Source: Eutreptiella sp. 'Long Island Sound 2002' (taxonomy: Eukaryota > Protista > Euglenida). Taken from it: a stretch of DNA of 64,000 nt. The stretch lies in NCBI GenBank assembly GCA_964036045.1, contig OZ038379.1:31434001-31498000 (forward strand). Reading direction: 5' to 3'. Positions 1-12,580 of this stretch are shown piece after piece. A model generated the notes under the pieces. It had not been told where the DNA came from, did no database searches, and was given only the letters and a program-made list of their open reading frames with translations. Position numbers and translations under genes: made by a program. The first letter of the stretch is position 1. Each line of letters opens with the position of its first letter.

Positions 1-1420
1 CCTCCCTACTGCCTCTGTAGGCCATCCAGCCCCTCATCCCCGCCGCTCAAGCCCACTCAAATATCCCCTGCCTGACCGCGGCCTTCACCATCGCCAACGC
101 CCCATCCTTTCCCATCGATGCCTACCAGGACCTCCAGCACGTCAACTCCGTTGACACCCTGTGTGCGGGCACTGCCCGCTTGTGTGGTGGTCTGACCACC
201 CCCGCCCAGTTCATGGAGCTTATCTCCTTCGCCAAGACCGCGCTCTCCCCCCGCACCACAGCGGACGTGGACTGGTTCCGCCTAGGCTCGTCCGCCCCTC
301 CTGCACCCTCCCTCCTTGCCACGGGCGCCCCCCCTCCCCCCTCACCCCTTTGACCGCCCCGGCCGCCCTCAGCCTGCTCCACCCCACTGTCGCCCCCACC
401 CTCCGTCCGGCCGGCTCCATCTCGTCCTCTGCGGTCCCCACCTACTCCCCCATTGGCGCCTCCCCCGCAGCCTCCAGCGTGGTGCGCATCTCCGGCCTCC
501 GCCTCGGCCCCCACGCCTCCATGGCCCTCACCCTCACGCACAACCTCCAGACCGTCGTGTACGTGACCGAAGCACGCCGAGGCCACGCCTTCGCCATCAT
601 CACCCCCGCCCTGCACTCCTCCCTGTTCGCCTCCCTACCCGCCCACACCATCTAGCACCTTGACAGCTGGTCGCTCACCGTTCAAGGCAAGCGGGACGAC
701 AACCTTCCTTAACACTCGCCCGTCGCGTCGCTCAACACCCCCCCCTCCCAGCGTGCCCCCGCACCCGGCAACACCAATCCCACGCCCCCCCAAGAAGAGT
801 CGCCACCAGTCCCCTCCCCGCACCTCCCCCCGACGCTCGCTACGCCACCATGGCCGCACCACCCCCTCTAGCACCCCCTCAGGCAGGGCAGTCCGCGGCC
901 CTATGTTCCGCAGCGCCCGCCGGCACAACTGACTGGTCCCGCCGGACACCCTCGCCGCCTCGTGCGCCCCGGACCTCCCGACCATCCCGTGGTCCGTCAT
1001 CCTCTCTCCCGTCAGTACCCGCTCCCCCAGGACGCATGCCGCGTAGGAGCGGACGTCCTCCTCCACCCTAAGCCCCCTAGCCACCTCCCCCTTGGAGGGC
1101 ACCTCCACCCCGCCCCGACCTTTCCGGCCGCCCCACCGCCCGAGCACGACCCACGCATATGCCTCCGCTGCGGCTCCCTCCGCCGCCATGACCTCCTGCA
1201 GTGCCCCGAGTGTGCCCACTCCGCTAACCTCCGCCCCCCTTCCATCCCCTCGGCCACCGCTCCCCTCCGCGGCACATATCTGGACGTCCTCCAGCATGCC
1301 CAAGCCTCCTCGCCGCTGCCACCGGCACTCCTCTCCGCCGCCCTCCCCACCATCCTGAGCTGGCTCTCCTCCTTCCCCCGCCAACGTCATGAGGCCCACT
1401 TCTAGATCACCCCGCCCCTG
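1..1420 (+). mobile_element. Degenerate 3' part of a non-LTR retrotransposon (third family), truncated by the window edge
   Basis: C-rich broken reading frames ending in a CCHC-like motif, CLRCGSLRRHDLLQCPEC (about 1150-1210), then a stop at 1405. This is typical of a LINE ORF2 C-terminus. No RT motif is visible in the window. Confidence 0.4.
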
Positions 1421-2222
1421 CATGTAGGCGACAGGTGGACCGCCTTCTGGGACACCAACTTTGTCCCGCCATCCCCCCTACCTCCGTCTCCAGCCTACGC
1501 CGCACCTCTAGCCCCGTCTCCTTAGGAGGCCCATAGTGCCTCCTATCGTTTTAGCGAAAAAAGGGGTGATAGGTGGTCTTTTGCATGTGCTAAAATAGGG
1601 GTGCAAATTTGCATTTCTGCATCAAGCTTGGCTCTGTAGAGCCCAGAACGGTTGTGTAACTCATTTTAGGCCCCAATATTACACATTTTAGAGCTCTTTG
1701 CTCCGCAGAGCCCAGGTTACAAGTTATTCCCTGTGTGCCCACCCCCGTTACAACAATTGGCTCATGTATACAGTTGTCAAGTGCCCACGCGACATGGCGC
1801 TGGGTGAAGTGGTATACCTTTCCCGACGCTCTAACATAGTTAGCCTAAACATTGTCCCCGATTTGGTGAGCCGGAAAAGGAATCAAGGATACAACTTTGG
1901 CATTCATTACTGGTGGGTAATGAACCAAGACACATGCCACATCAGGCACCGCATCATCTAGATGGAAGTGCCAAAATCACACCTATATTAAGACTTTCCA
2001 ACAACCTGGGCTCTGCAGAGCCCAGCATTTATATACTTGGTACTTAAGGGGTGCTTATTAGGGTTTCTTTGTTGGCTAGGCTCTGCGGCCGTTCCCTGAA
2101 TATACCCTAATCTATTGCAGTTGACTTTTGTGCATACTATGCAGTGATGTTATATTTACGATCTGGTCGTATGTCCCATAAATTAAGTACATGTAACTTG
2201 CCATTTTCTTTTTACAGCAGCC

Positions 2223-2960
2223 ATGGCTGATTTTCCACATGTTAGATGTACGGAGGTGGATGTACCGGGTGCCGGCCAAGATACCGAAGGAGATGAGGTT
2301 GTAGGACCTGTACCCTTACCGGTCCCATCAACCGGAGAAACGGCAGCGCGTGCTACAGCTACGCTCGCCTTGCAAGAGGTGATTATGTTTATGGGGTCAG
2401 CATCCCCATCCCCACCGCGGCCACCAAAGTGTGTCCCAAAGGACCGGCCCACCCCACCAAAGGCCTCCCTCAATGACCCATTGATTCTGAAGACAATGGA
2501 GTTGCTGAGGGACAACAGTGGTTGCCAGGCACGCGGGTTCGTGCAATACATTTCGGGGCTTCGCGCACAGTTCCGTTTTGCATTGCGGAACCCAATGCGC
2601 AACCCCTTGTCACATGGCAGCAAGGGGATTGGATATGCCGATCCCATGCAGCGAGGAGCGGGCTGCATTGATCTTGGATACACTTAATGCAGAATCACGT
2701 CCCACTGTTGAGTCGTCTTCCCATCCCCGTATCGCACCTCCTCGGCCACTTCCTCCCCCGCAAGCCGACCAGCCCACACTTACACAGATTGATCGGCAGA
2801 ACTCCGATTGCCAGCACATACGGTCGCTTTGACCACTTGTGGAAGCAGACCACACGGGTGGGCTGTTTCTTGTCTCTATGCAATGAGGACGCTTGCAACT
2901 CATGCAAACCCTTCTGCATAAGTGTTGTTGGAGACAAGGCAAAACATACATTTTTGGTGA
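2223..2960 (+). pseudogene. Orphan ORF fragment with a Cys-rich C-terminal part (frameshifted), probably transposon cargo
   Basis: ATG at 2223 follows a pyrimidine tract and AG (ttttctttttacagcagccATG). The 154-aa ORF continues after frameshifts into CQHIRS...CFLSLCNEDACNSCKPFC. Confidence 0.3.
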
Positions 2961-4639
2961 AAAAAAGGTGCAATGATGGGCAACCACAAATGGAAAACAC
3001 ATATACCTCTCGAAAACAGAAAAAAACACAAAAAACATAAAAAAACATCGAAAAACAACCCAAACGGGGCAAAAACGGCAAAATAAACAAAATAAATACA
3101 AAATCGCGTTTATTCCGGTTTGACGGGCTGACGGGACGGGCAATTACGGATCCGCCGCCTTCCCCATGTGCACACCCCAGAGAACTCCTTGGTTGTCCAA
3201 GTGTAGTGTAGCCCACGGTAGTTTGCGCCACACCACCGACTTCACTGCCGCCGTTGCCCCCCGGAACTCAGCACCTGCTGATTTTGCAAGGGCACACGCA
3301 TGGAGTCGTGTGCCCTCGCAGACAAACACATCCCCGCACACATACACCGCCTCCTACGAAATGTGGTTGATAACACCGGGAGTGACAAGCAGCAAGCGCT
3401 TTCCGGTGCTAATGCGCATCTGCACGCGCATGGAAGCGGCGTGGCAGCCTGAAATGCAAAGAACGATCACCGGAAAACCAGGCGGAACTCACTTGATGGA
3501 TAGGGTTGTGTTCGTCCCCGAATGGAGTGGCACGGTGCACGGCATCAAGGTTTCCATCACGGAGGAACAACCGCGGCATGGGCCGAGGCAGCCATCGGGA
3601 ACTCAAAGACTCCGGGCCCCTGGTTGGTTCCCCGGCCATGGTCCTGGCGGTGGCTTCAGTGATGCAGGACGTATGCCCAAAGTCCATCTTGGGCTCTGCA
3701 GCTTCTTGCCAAGGGAGTAACAGCCCTCCTCCAAATCCCTAGTAGAAGGGTGTGATTCCCCACGGCGCTTAACATTCAGCCTTGAAAAACAGGTTGAAAT
3801 TGTTTCCCCCCCCATGGGCTAGGCACTAGCTGCCTCGACCCAGACCTCACCTTGTTCTCTACTTGCCCCTCACTGCCATACCCACAACAGGCAAGACAGC
3901 AGAGCACAGCCAGGAACACTACCACAGTGCAAAACGTTGTGTCGCGTGACCATCCGGCTGCTATGCCGGCAACAACCCGGCACCACCACCACCAAAAATG
4001 CAAAATAGAAATTCTAAACCACCCCTTGCAGGCACGGACGCACTCCTCCGTCTCCGCCCGTTGGCCCGTTCAGGCCACCCCCCCCGTAACTGCTGCATCC
4101 ACATGTGCCTTGCCCCTTCTAGGCACTCATGTTTGCCTCTTCTTTGGTGGACGTTTTGCAGTCCACCCGGACTCCTCAATTTAGAGGAACTGCCCCAAGG
4201 CCACTCTACTCTAAAAAATGCACATGCACCATGTCAAGATATGGGGTCTCCAAGCTTGCTTGCTTGGCGGCTCCGATGATGCCTTCCTCTGAGGCGGCGG
4301 CCAGTTCTGCCCTGTCCTTACTGCACGCCTAAATTCCTAACGGACCAGCAACAGGGGCCGGGGATTTTTCCTTGGGCAAATTGGCTTCTATCATCCCAAA
4401 GGCACACTGCAGGCGCAATCTAGGCGGCGCATGGAAGTGGTACCTAAACTCCCTTGAGCTAATGGGGCATTGAAGGGTGTTGGTGGTGCACATGGTGACT
4501 ACTAGTGTACTTAGTTATCAACGTGCATCGCCATAAGGCTTCTCAAAACACTAAATGGCACTCATAGCAAGAAAAAGCAGGATAATCTTGAAAACGAGGG
4601 ATTGTGGGTCATTGGCAGGGCAATTTGCATTATTTGCCT

Positions 4640-5190
4640 AGAACGGCTTGAGAGACGCCTCATTGAACACCCATTAGCAATCATCTGATAGCCTAATTGC
4701 CGTGGATGAAGAATGAATTTCATTGGAAACGCCTACGTGACACAACCGTTGTTGTCGTGAGGTTTCAAGATAATATGCCATGAAAACGGGCTAGAAAACC
4801 GCTCATTTGCACCTCAAAATGGACCATGGCATGCCTGGAGACGCCTCATTGAACACCCATTTGCAATCATTTGATAGCTAATCGCCGTGGAAGAAGAATG
4901 GCCGTCATCTGAGACGCCTGCATGATACACTGATGATTGTCCTCAACTTTGAGGACGGTTGTTGAAAATAGGCAGGAAAACAGCTCATTTTCACCTCAAA
5001 ATGGACCATGGCATGGCACCATGGCATGAAAGACGCCTCGTTGAACAACCATTTTCAATGATTTGATAGCCCAATGGCTGTGGAAGAAGAATGGCCTCAT
5101 CCGAGATGCCTACATGACACACTGGTGATCATCCTTAATTTGCAGGACAATCGCCATGAAAACTGGCTGAAATTAGCCATTTTTGGGACA
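4640..5190. repeat. Tandem repeat, about 190-bp unit, about 3 diverged copies
   Basis: The motifs gagacgcctcattgaacacccatt and cacctcaaaatggaccatggcat recur at about 190-bp spacing. Confidence 0.85.
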
Positions 5191-6385
5191 CTAAATCAGC
5201 CATAAATCGGGCCAGCCGGCTCAAAATGACACGCAGCTTTTTTAGATGATGTACATTTGCTCTGCAATCTTTTTGAGCCCCTTGGATGCCCATTTTCAGC
5301 CACAGTGTCCACAGAAATAATTTTTGATCGTCTGCTGCTGCTTGCTGCTGCTTCCCGCAGCTTGCTGTTGCCTCTGCTGCTACTGTTGCTTGCTGTTAAC
5401 ATACACTGCTCTCACTTGGACCTAAAATGGTTTGTAAAACCTCCACTGGGAGACCCAGCTTGGTATTCAAATCTTACTACTGTGACCAAGCTGGGGACAC
5501 ACTTTGGAGTGGTGTGGCACATATGACAAAAGCCAAAGGAATTGTGATTCACTTTGCAGAGTTCAGTGCACACTCAGTACACTGCATCGTGTGCACCCTA
5601 CACACTGCACACTGCACACTCTAGATCGCCAAACGAAATTGGTTGCTTGCCTGCGACTAATGCTTAACAAAAAGGGGCAGCTATAGCCCAGCCAATTCTG
5701 TTGCGTTGCACGAGGTTAGCATTGCCAAGTTCTGAGGCAGATTTGATGGTGATGTATGGAAGGTGTTCGGCTTCAAGGAATGGTGGGAAATGACAGAGAG
5801 AAGCAAGCAGTGGACCGTTGTGGTACTAAAGGCCACTAAAGGTACTAAAGGGACACGCCGTGAGTGCACTATGTCACACAAAGACGGTTGCATAGCTTGC
5901 TATTTGATTCACATTGCGACACACACGCCCCTGCCCCCCGGCACACACATGCAACAGTGCATTGCACAACTCATTGTCCTGGACTAGATCCTGTACTTTG
6001 TTGCAGACGAGTCCTCCATACATGACTCAAGTATATGTGATCACAGGTTGTATCAGACCTGCAAGTTGAGTGAACTCCGTCACCTAGGGTTGGGTTATTG
6101 CTGCAACCCTTCTGGGGAGCATTGAGTGACCTTTTGCTCCATACGAAGTTTGCCACCAACCTCTTCAAGGTGACTGTTGGCAGGGATATTCTGCTGCTTC
6201 TGCTACTTTTTTTGAGGTCTTTCCATGTGTGAATGTACCACAATTAGACCCCCCCCCCCTTTGCAATGTGGGGCGCGCCGTTCGCGCACTGTGCAACCGT
6301 TCACCCTCACAAGCATGCTGTTGCTGAACAAGGACCTAATGATGCACTGCAGTACTGTATCTCACTGCATCTGTGCTCTGGTTAG

Positions 6386-6553
6386 GGACCAATGGTGGCC
6401 AGGCCTCAATGATCAATCATGTCGTCTGGTTGGAGACCGTCCAGCCCATTGCATATGGCATCAACCTCGGGCCTGCTGCCATCTTCCTGGCAGCCACTAT
6501 GTGGGCCTGCGACGGCATTTTCCGTCCTTATGTGAGTGTGCGGATGGATGCAG
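6386..6553 (+). CDS. EamA/DMT transporter exon 1 (possible start ATG at 6409)
   Basis: Acceptor ttag|gg. Encodes MINHVVWLETVQPIAYGINLGPAAIFLAATMWACDGIFRPYVSVRMDA, which fits the first EamA helix (G..AI..AA..W...G). Donor g|gtcgtt (phase 1) matches exon 2. Other GT donors at 6532 and 6592 are phase 0 and do not match. Confidence 0.75.
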
Positions 6554-8447
6554 GTCGTTGCTGGGATGCACATGGGATGAATGGGATGCAGGTGAGGACA
6601 GTCGCTTGCGCCTGAACATGACGCCCTGCCTTGACTGCAAGCATACCGAAAGCATCACAGTCATGAAGCTTTTGTGACGCTTTTGCCCCCTTCTTCCCTT
6701 TTCAACATCCACTACGTACTCGCGAAAGGAATTTCCAAAGGCCAGTAATGTGAAATGCAGAGATCTAGATGTCATCCCCCCGTTGATGCCCTGCGCTTCA
6801 TGCGATCAGGCCAGGGCGCAAGGGGCATGCATGCGGGCCGGCCGGCCGGCCGGCCGGCCAACAAGGCAGCGAGCCAGGCTGTCAACAGCGAACCAAACTG
6901 GACATGTGGGTCTTGCCCACATTGCCAGAGGTAGGTGGCGAAAGATACTGGAAATGGAGGAGGAACGGAAGCATGAATCTTCCAATTCGCTGCTGTATGT
7001 TGTGTGTTCACAGGAGCGCAGCCAATGCAGACGTAAAGGCAAAAAGTGGAGTGACAGTATAGGGAATGCCGTGCAAGGAAGTGTACACACAGTGCCAAGG
7101 TTTGGACATGAGCAACAACCCGAACCATAGTTCGGTGGGCTTTTTCCACACACACCCATTTTCTCTTGGCTGGAAAATGACTTGAATTGTATTGATGCCA
7201 TCCATATCATAAGAGTTTGTGTGCAAGGGAGTTGTGGAAACGCTGTTTCCATGCCTGTTGAGGGGGTGCGGCGTATGTAGTGTGTGTGCAGCGGTAGTGT
7301 GCACACAATGCAATGGCTACCCCCTAGAGCAGGAGTGTACATACTACTCCCCCGTAGAGTGTACTGAGACGGTGTAGAGTAAGAGGAGCAGTGGAGTGAC
7401 TATATCGGGTGACACGAAAGAGTAACAATATGGGGTGACACTGACAGTACAGATTGACATGCAAAGTAAGACAGTGCAGAGTGACAGTGCAGAGCGAAAG
7501 TGACAGTGCAGAGCGAGAGTTGTCACTTTCACGTACTCTGTCACTGCTTTACTGTCACTCAGTGATAGTATGATTGAGACTCCAGCCCCCTCAAAAATTT
7601 TTTTGGCCCCAGTCTTGAACCCTTGTCATCCAGAGTGCACCTTGTCTGAACCCCTGTGGCAGGGGCACCTGCCAATATATGCTGGCTGATTCCGGTCCCC
7701 TCAGGGTTCCGTTATTGACGGTTTACTCTGACGGCAGTTTGAGAAATGTAGTTTGTAAAAACGGTGCTGTGCCGATGGTGAGTGCAACATTTTTATGGCA
7801 GCGACAGGGTGCACCAATGGCTTGCTTCGGTTGCTCGGGTGTGCAGTTGCGTGTTTGCAGCAGTCGCGTCCTCCAGTTCATCACTGACATTGTGCAAGTG
7901 ACAGCCAGGCAACTGGGACAAGATATGGCTCCTGTGACCACCGGGGCAGTGGCCAGGCTGTGGTGCCGATGTGCGTCCTGCGATGTTCATACTCGTTTGA
8001 AATCATGCGGCACCGGAACCCAAACACATTGGCCTTGTTCTTGAGGTCATTCCAGGATTGCCTGGGGATCAGGGGCAGAAGGGGTTGCACGATTGGGGGT
8101 GAGAGTGCAGAGCAACCGCATAGCGTGACGCTTGCGGTCTATGATATTGTCACTCAACGAGTGCAGTGGATGATGCCCCGCACCCATCCGCTGCCCAGGC
8201 ATGGGTGTTGTCCCCCCGCCCCCTCTCCGGAACCCCCCATCCGAACCTTACTGACCGCCCGACATTTAGTGGAGGGCGAATTTCTTTGGGCCATTTTTGG
8301 TCCACAAACTTTTCGGTCCCAGAAACACCCCATTCAAGCACAGGCCTGCCCCTGGCCCAGCCCCAGGGCTTTTGGAGACAGTTGCAGTCGACCCCCCCCT
8401 CGACACATTTCGTGTTGTGGAGCACAGGACCGTTCTCTCTCCTGCAG

Positions 8448-8537
8448 AGGCGCTGGTGGCGTGGGAGCACGTCATTAGTCTACTGCCGCTCCTGCCCCTG
8501 ATCCATCACTATTGTATACGGAATCGGAAGGCGTTGG
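8448..8537 (+). CDS. EamA/DMT transporter exon 2
   Basis: ctctctcctgcag|ag...ttgg|gtatgc; 90 nt, phase 1 to 1. Encodes (E)ALVAWEHVISLLPLLPLIHHYCIRNRKAL(G). Confidence 0.85.
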
Positions 8538-8681
8538 GTATGCCCCACTGCCGTGCTCCTCTGTGCCTGTGCGGGTGCCTGCCATGGGATGTGTTGTTAG
8601 GCACGCTGCCCCTGCCCCCAAACACTGTTCCCGCAGCCCTCCTCGCCGCACCGCATCCAGGAATGTGGGGATGAAGTGTGT

Positions 8682-8712
<31 letters not shown>

Positions 8713-9648
8713 CATGTGTTGTGGTGCAGACGCAAGGCAGGTGCGCCCCCTCCCCCTGGGCCAGCACGGCCTTGTCTGAGCACGGCCTAGTCTAGGCGGC
8801 CCCGGTTGACCGTCGTTTTTCTGACCCTACTTTTCGTGGTCTAGAATGTGTTTATGAGCCGGTCACAGTGGGAGAGCGGTCGCTGCTCATCACGCCATCG
8901 TGCTGAGACTGCCCTGCACACAGGGGATGCCCAGCTGGAGCCCTTCACCCCCTCCTCCTCCAAAATCTTTAGAAGGTTCGGACCACATTTGGGCCAAATT
9001 TGACGCCAAAGGCGCCGGCAACTTTTTTTTAGCATTTGGTGGGGGGCAAAATTTCGTTCTTACCTCAAGTGTGTATACCCAAAATGCTCAGAATTTTATG
9101 GGGAATCCAAATATGTATGCAAATATGAAAATTTTTTCTGGCCCCTGCCCTCCCCCCTCCGGGCTCCCAAACCTGGCTGTTGAGACTGGACGCCCCGGGG
9201 GGTAAAAATATTGTGTTTCAAAGACCCCACATATGTGTGTTCAAAATGGTCAGTGCTACAAGGGGATCATTTTGAGGCATGTATGTTACCTGGGACCCCC
9301 ACGCCCCCCCCCCCCCTCTTAAGAGGCCAAAATGTTTAAGGGGTGTCGGGGTCAAGGGCTGCACCTGGGCACCCCCCATGTCCCCCCCCTTCTGTTATGT
9401 GTTAATGTGGGTGTCGGCAAATGGTGCTGCCACGGGCCCAAACCCCGCAACAACCGCCTGCCTGTGGGTTGCGCGCAGGGTACCCCTGTGTGACGGACGT
9501 TGTCCTTGACCACGGCCGTGCTTGCGCCAGAACGGGGGTTCGCTCGCAAATGCTGGGAGGCCTCGGGGGAGTTGCCCTTATCTTTGTCGCCTGTGCCCCT
9601 CATTCTGCCGTCCGCCCCCTCTTCCCCTGCCCGTACCCGTGTCGTCAG

Positions 9649-9829
9649 GGTACAAGCTGTGGGCCTGTTTGTTCGTGATTGGCATTGCTGCCGACGCCGT
9701 CGCCAACACCTTGGTGACAATGGGGTACTCGTTAGGGCATGTGGCCCTTGTGGCGCTGCTGCAGCAGTCACAGCCTATCTTTGGCTTGGCTGGGGCCTGT
9801 GTGGCCCTTCGGGAGGACGTCCACAGCAG
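9649..9829 (+). CDS. EamA/DMT transporter exon 3
   Basis: gtcgtcag|gg...agcag|gtagcc; 181 nt, phase 1 to 2. Encodes YKLWACLFVIGIAADAVANTLVTMGYSLGHVALVALLQQSQPIFGLAGACVALREDVHS, including the EamA-type Q..QPIF...A...L.E motif. Confidence 0.9.
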
Positions 9830-10659
9830 GTAGCCTCCTGATGAAGGGTGCAGGGCTGATGCCTGGGGCCGCATCCCAAAGGGGAGTCAGAGGTGTCTCC
9901 CCCGTGTGGATCCCCCAACCAACCAGAGGATCCGTGAACACTGCTCGCCGAATGCGCCGGACAAGCCCATTTGGCTCCAGAGCTGGTCCAGAGCTCGTCT
10001 CCATAGAGGTGGTCCGCATCAATGCGCCGCAGGCTGTGCTGCCAGGGTCAAGACGGACCCCAAAGGCGCTCAGAGAGGGCTCCAACATCAGCACATGGAC
10101 GAACTCCACCGGGTCACAGATCTGAGTCACAACGGGGCAGAATTCAATGACAAAGGGGTTTGCATATACTGCGACGGAGTACATTTCTACCATAGAACAA
10201 ATGTATTACAGGGGGGGGGGGGGGTGGAAGAAAAAAAAATGCGCGCATGGAAAACAATTAGGCCCCCCCCCCCACCCTCTAGGGGTTGCCTACGCAAAAA
10301 AGGCCGTCGCACCATAATTATAGCATTTGGAAAAAATTTTATCCAGGGCCAATTCTTGAGGCAGAAATGGAATTCTTTGCACCAAACTTCCCTTTGCACA
10401 TGGCATGTACTGAATTGTTTGAACCCATTGATCATTTCAAACTTGTGCTTCTGGTAGAGGTTATTTGTGAGGGTGCTTTTTTTTGCTTCTAGGGACCAAT
10501 GTTGGTACAAGGATTGAATTCTTTGCATCAAATTAGTGAATGTGTTTGCATTTCCCTTTGGCACATGGCATATAAAGAATTGTTTAAACCTATTGATGCA
10601 TCAATTTCGATATGGTGCTTCATCATTTGGATTAGGGGAGAGGTCAACTATAAGTGTGT

Positions 10660-12580
10660 TTTTGCTTTGCATTCCAGACATGTCATCCTCTTCTCTTTCT
10701 TCTCCGCCGAACATTGCATGGGCGAACCGCACCGTGGACGGGTGGAATTGCATTTGTGGGGAGCGGCTATTGGTTTTGGACGGTCCGGACACACAACAGT
10801 TTGCTGCTCATTGTTAGGGTCGGAAACACCGGGCAGGTACAGCCCCTCCGCTGAAGCCCAAACGCCAATTGGCTGTTACACAATTTTTCGCTGCCGCCCC
10901 CCCACGGGTCACGGAGGAGGTGCCCCCTCCGATAGAGAGCGATGGGCAAGACGAGGTTGCAGCAAATGACCTAGAGACATAGGGTATTGCTCCTCCCCCA
11001 GCCAGCAACGACAAGTGCATGGGAGCCCTGCCCTTGGGTATTCCCAATGCCAATGCTTTGCGTGGCAAATACCCCGTGATGCGTCATGCAAATGAGAAAG
11101 TCCACTAGAGGCACGTGGATGGCATGGGGATCGTGTCATTGGACCCTCCATGTACTAGAAAGGCACGCTTTTGGTGATTCTAGTGAGAAATTGCCTTGCA
11201 ACCCGTGCTATGAGGTGCCACGCAATAAAACACTCTGCAAATGGATGTGTGAGGAACGCAACGCTGATTCCAGCACGGAACACTTCAAACCGGGATTCCT
11301 CGATTTGGCAAAGCGCGCAAACGCTCTTCGTGCCGACAAGAATACCGCAATCAAAGCACTTCGCCGTGTCTCGGATGTTTGCGAGACTCTAGTGCAAAAG
11401 TGCGATGCACACAAGGCTTTGATCTGCGCAATCGGTGCCGACGATCGTCCCTTGGCATCACGCCGCGCTGCGCGCCTCATTGCCGCTGGGCAAAGTGTAG
11501 CCGCTGTATTGGAAGAATTGTCGAAAGCAATTCAAACCCGCTCTTACAATGAGACGGATCGTGATTTGGCGTGCCTTGTTGCTATTGGCATTGGTGGCAG
11601 CCGCGCATTGTGTGCTTTGAATCGAGCTGGACGCTTACCCTCCGAGGACGCGTTGAGAGAACGCCTCCGCTTGGACCCCCCATTGCCAAACAACCCCCAA
11701 CAGTAGAGTTCATCGTCTCGCGCTTACCCAAAGTGGAATGTCCTTTGTTGTGGGACATCTTGGTGGATGAGATCTTTTTGGAGGCCTTGGTTGGTGTTGA
11801 TCGTCGTTGCCAAGCATCGGGAATATGCACAACGTGCTGCCCCGAGGCCAAATGGGACGTTCCGGAGGAAGAGAATGCTATCGTCCAAATGGGGTTGACC
11901 ACTTGGCAAAAGCAATTATCAACCCAAAAGAGCGCAAAAGAGAAAAAGCGCGTGCAGGAGAAGCGCCATAAATTGAAGGGCGAGGTTGCACTGCAACATG
12001 AGATCCTCGCAAAGGCAGAGAAGAAAGCAGCACGTCGGGCAGAGAAAAAAGCAGCAAAAAAGCAGCACGCCGGGCAGCTAAGACTGAAGACCGAGAAGCA
12101 AAAGCAGTTAGGGAGGCACAGGACAAGAAAGACAAAGACTACTAGCCACGGAGCAGGTCCGAAGGTAGCGAAAGCCACAGCAATAGCATCGGCAGCGGTA
12201 GTAGTACAAGTGGCAGTACGAGTACCACCAGCAGTGGCAGCAACGGGAGCAGCAGTAGCAGCATTAGCAGCAGCAACAGCGGCAACAACAAGAAACCAGC
12301 CAAAAAGAAGGCAGCAACTAAGAAGGGCAAAAAGCAGGCAATAGCTTCCGAGGCTAGCGATGGCAGCCGCAGCAGTAGTAGCAAGAAGCCAGCGAAAAAG
12401 AAACCAGCCGTCGGCAAGGGCAAGAAGCAAGCCGTGGCTTCCCATGGTGGGAAGGCCAAGAAGCAGTAGGTAGCGGCATAGCAGTAGGCACAACAACTCG
12501 AAACGCAAAACGACTCGAAACACGAAACGTCGCAACATGCGAACCGAAACGACTACATCACGAAAATGGGCACCCTGTGA
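10660..12580 (+). mobile_element. Decayed, truncated DNA transposon with a P-element/THAP9-like transposase (copy 1)
   Basis: N-terminal Zn finger WNCICG...FAAHC*GRKH. Central RSYNETDRDLACLVAIGIGGSRALCALNRAGRLPSEDALR. After a frameshift, DILVDEIFLE...GIC (first catalytic acidic motif), then a Lys-rich tail. Subterminal cgaaac repeats and an end ...gggcaccctg at about 12578. Confidence 0.6.

Noticed and set aside
5741-5822. Possible upstream exon of the transporter (FDGDVWKVFGFKEWWEM...), and the Leu-rich stretch at 5300-5430
   Set aside because: The splice phases do not join to exon 1 without a stop or frameshift, and there is no family motif.
9578-10193. DIRS/Ngaro RNase H-like words on the - strand (FTDPLVGWG, IGCDC)
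   Set aside because: The key residues are not conserved, and part of the region is the antisense of EamA exon 3, which explains the sequence better.
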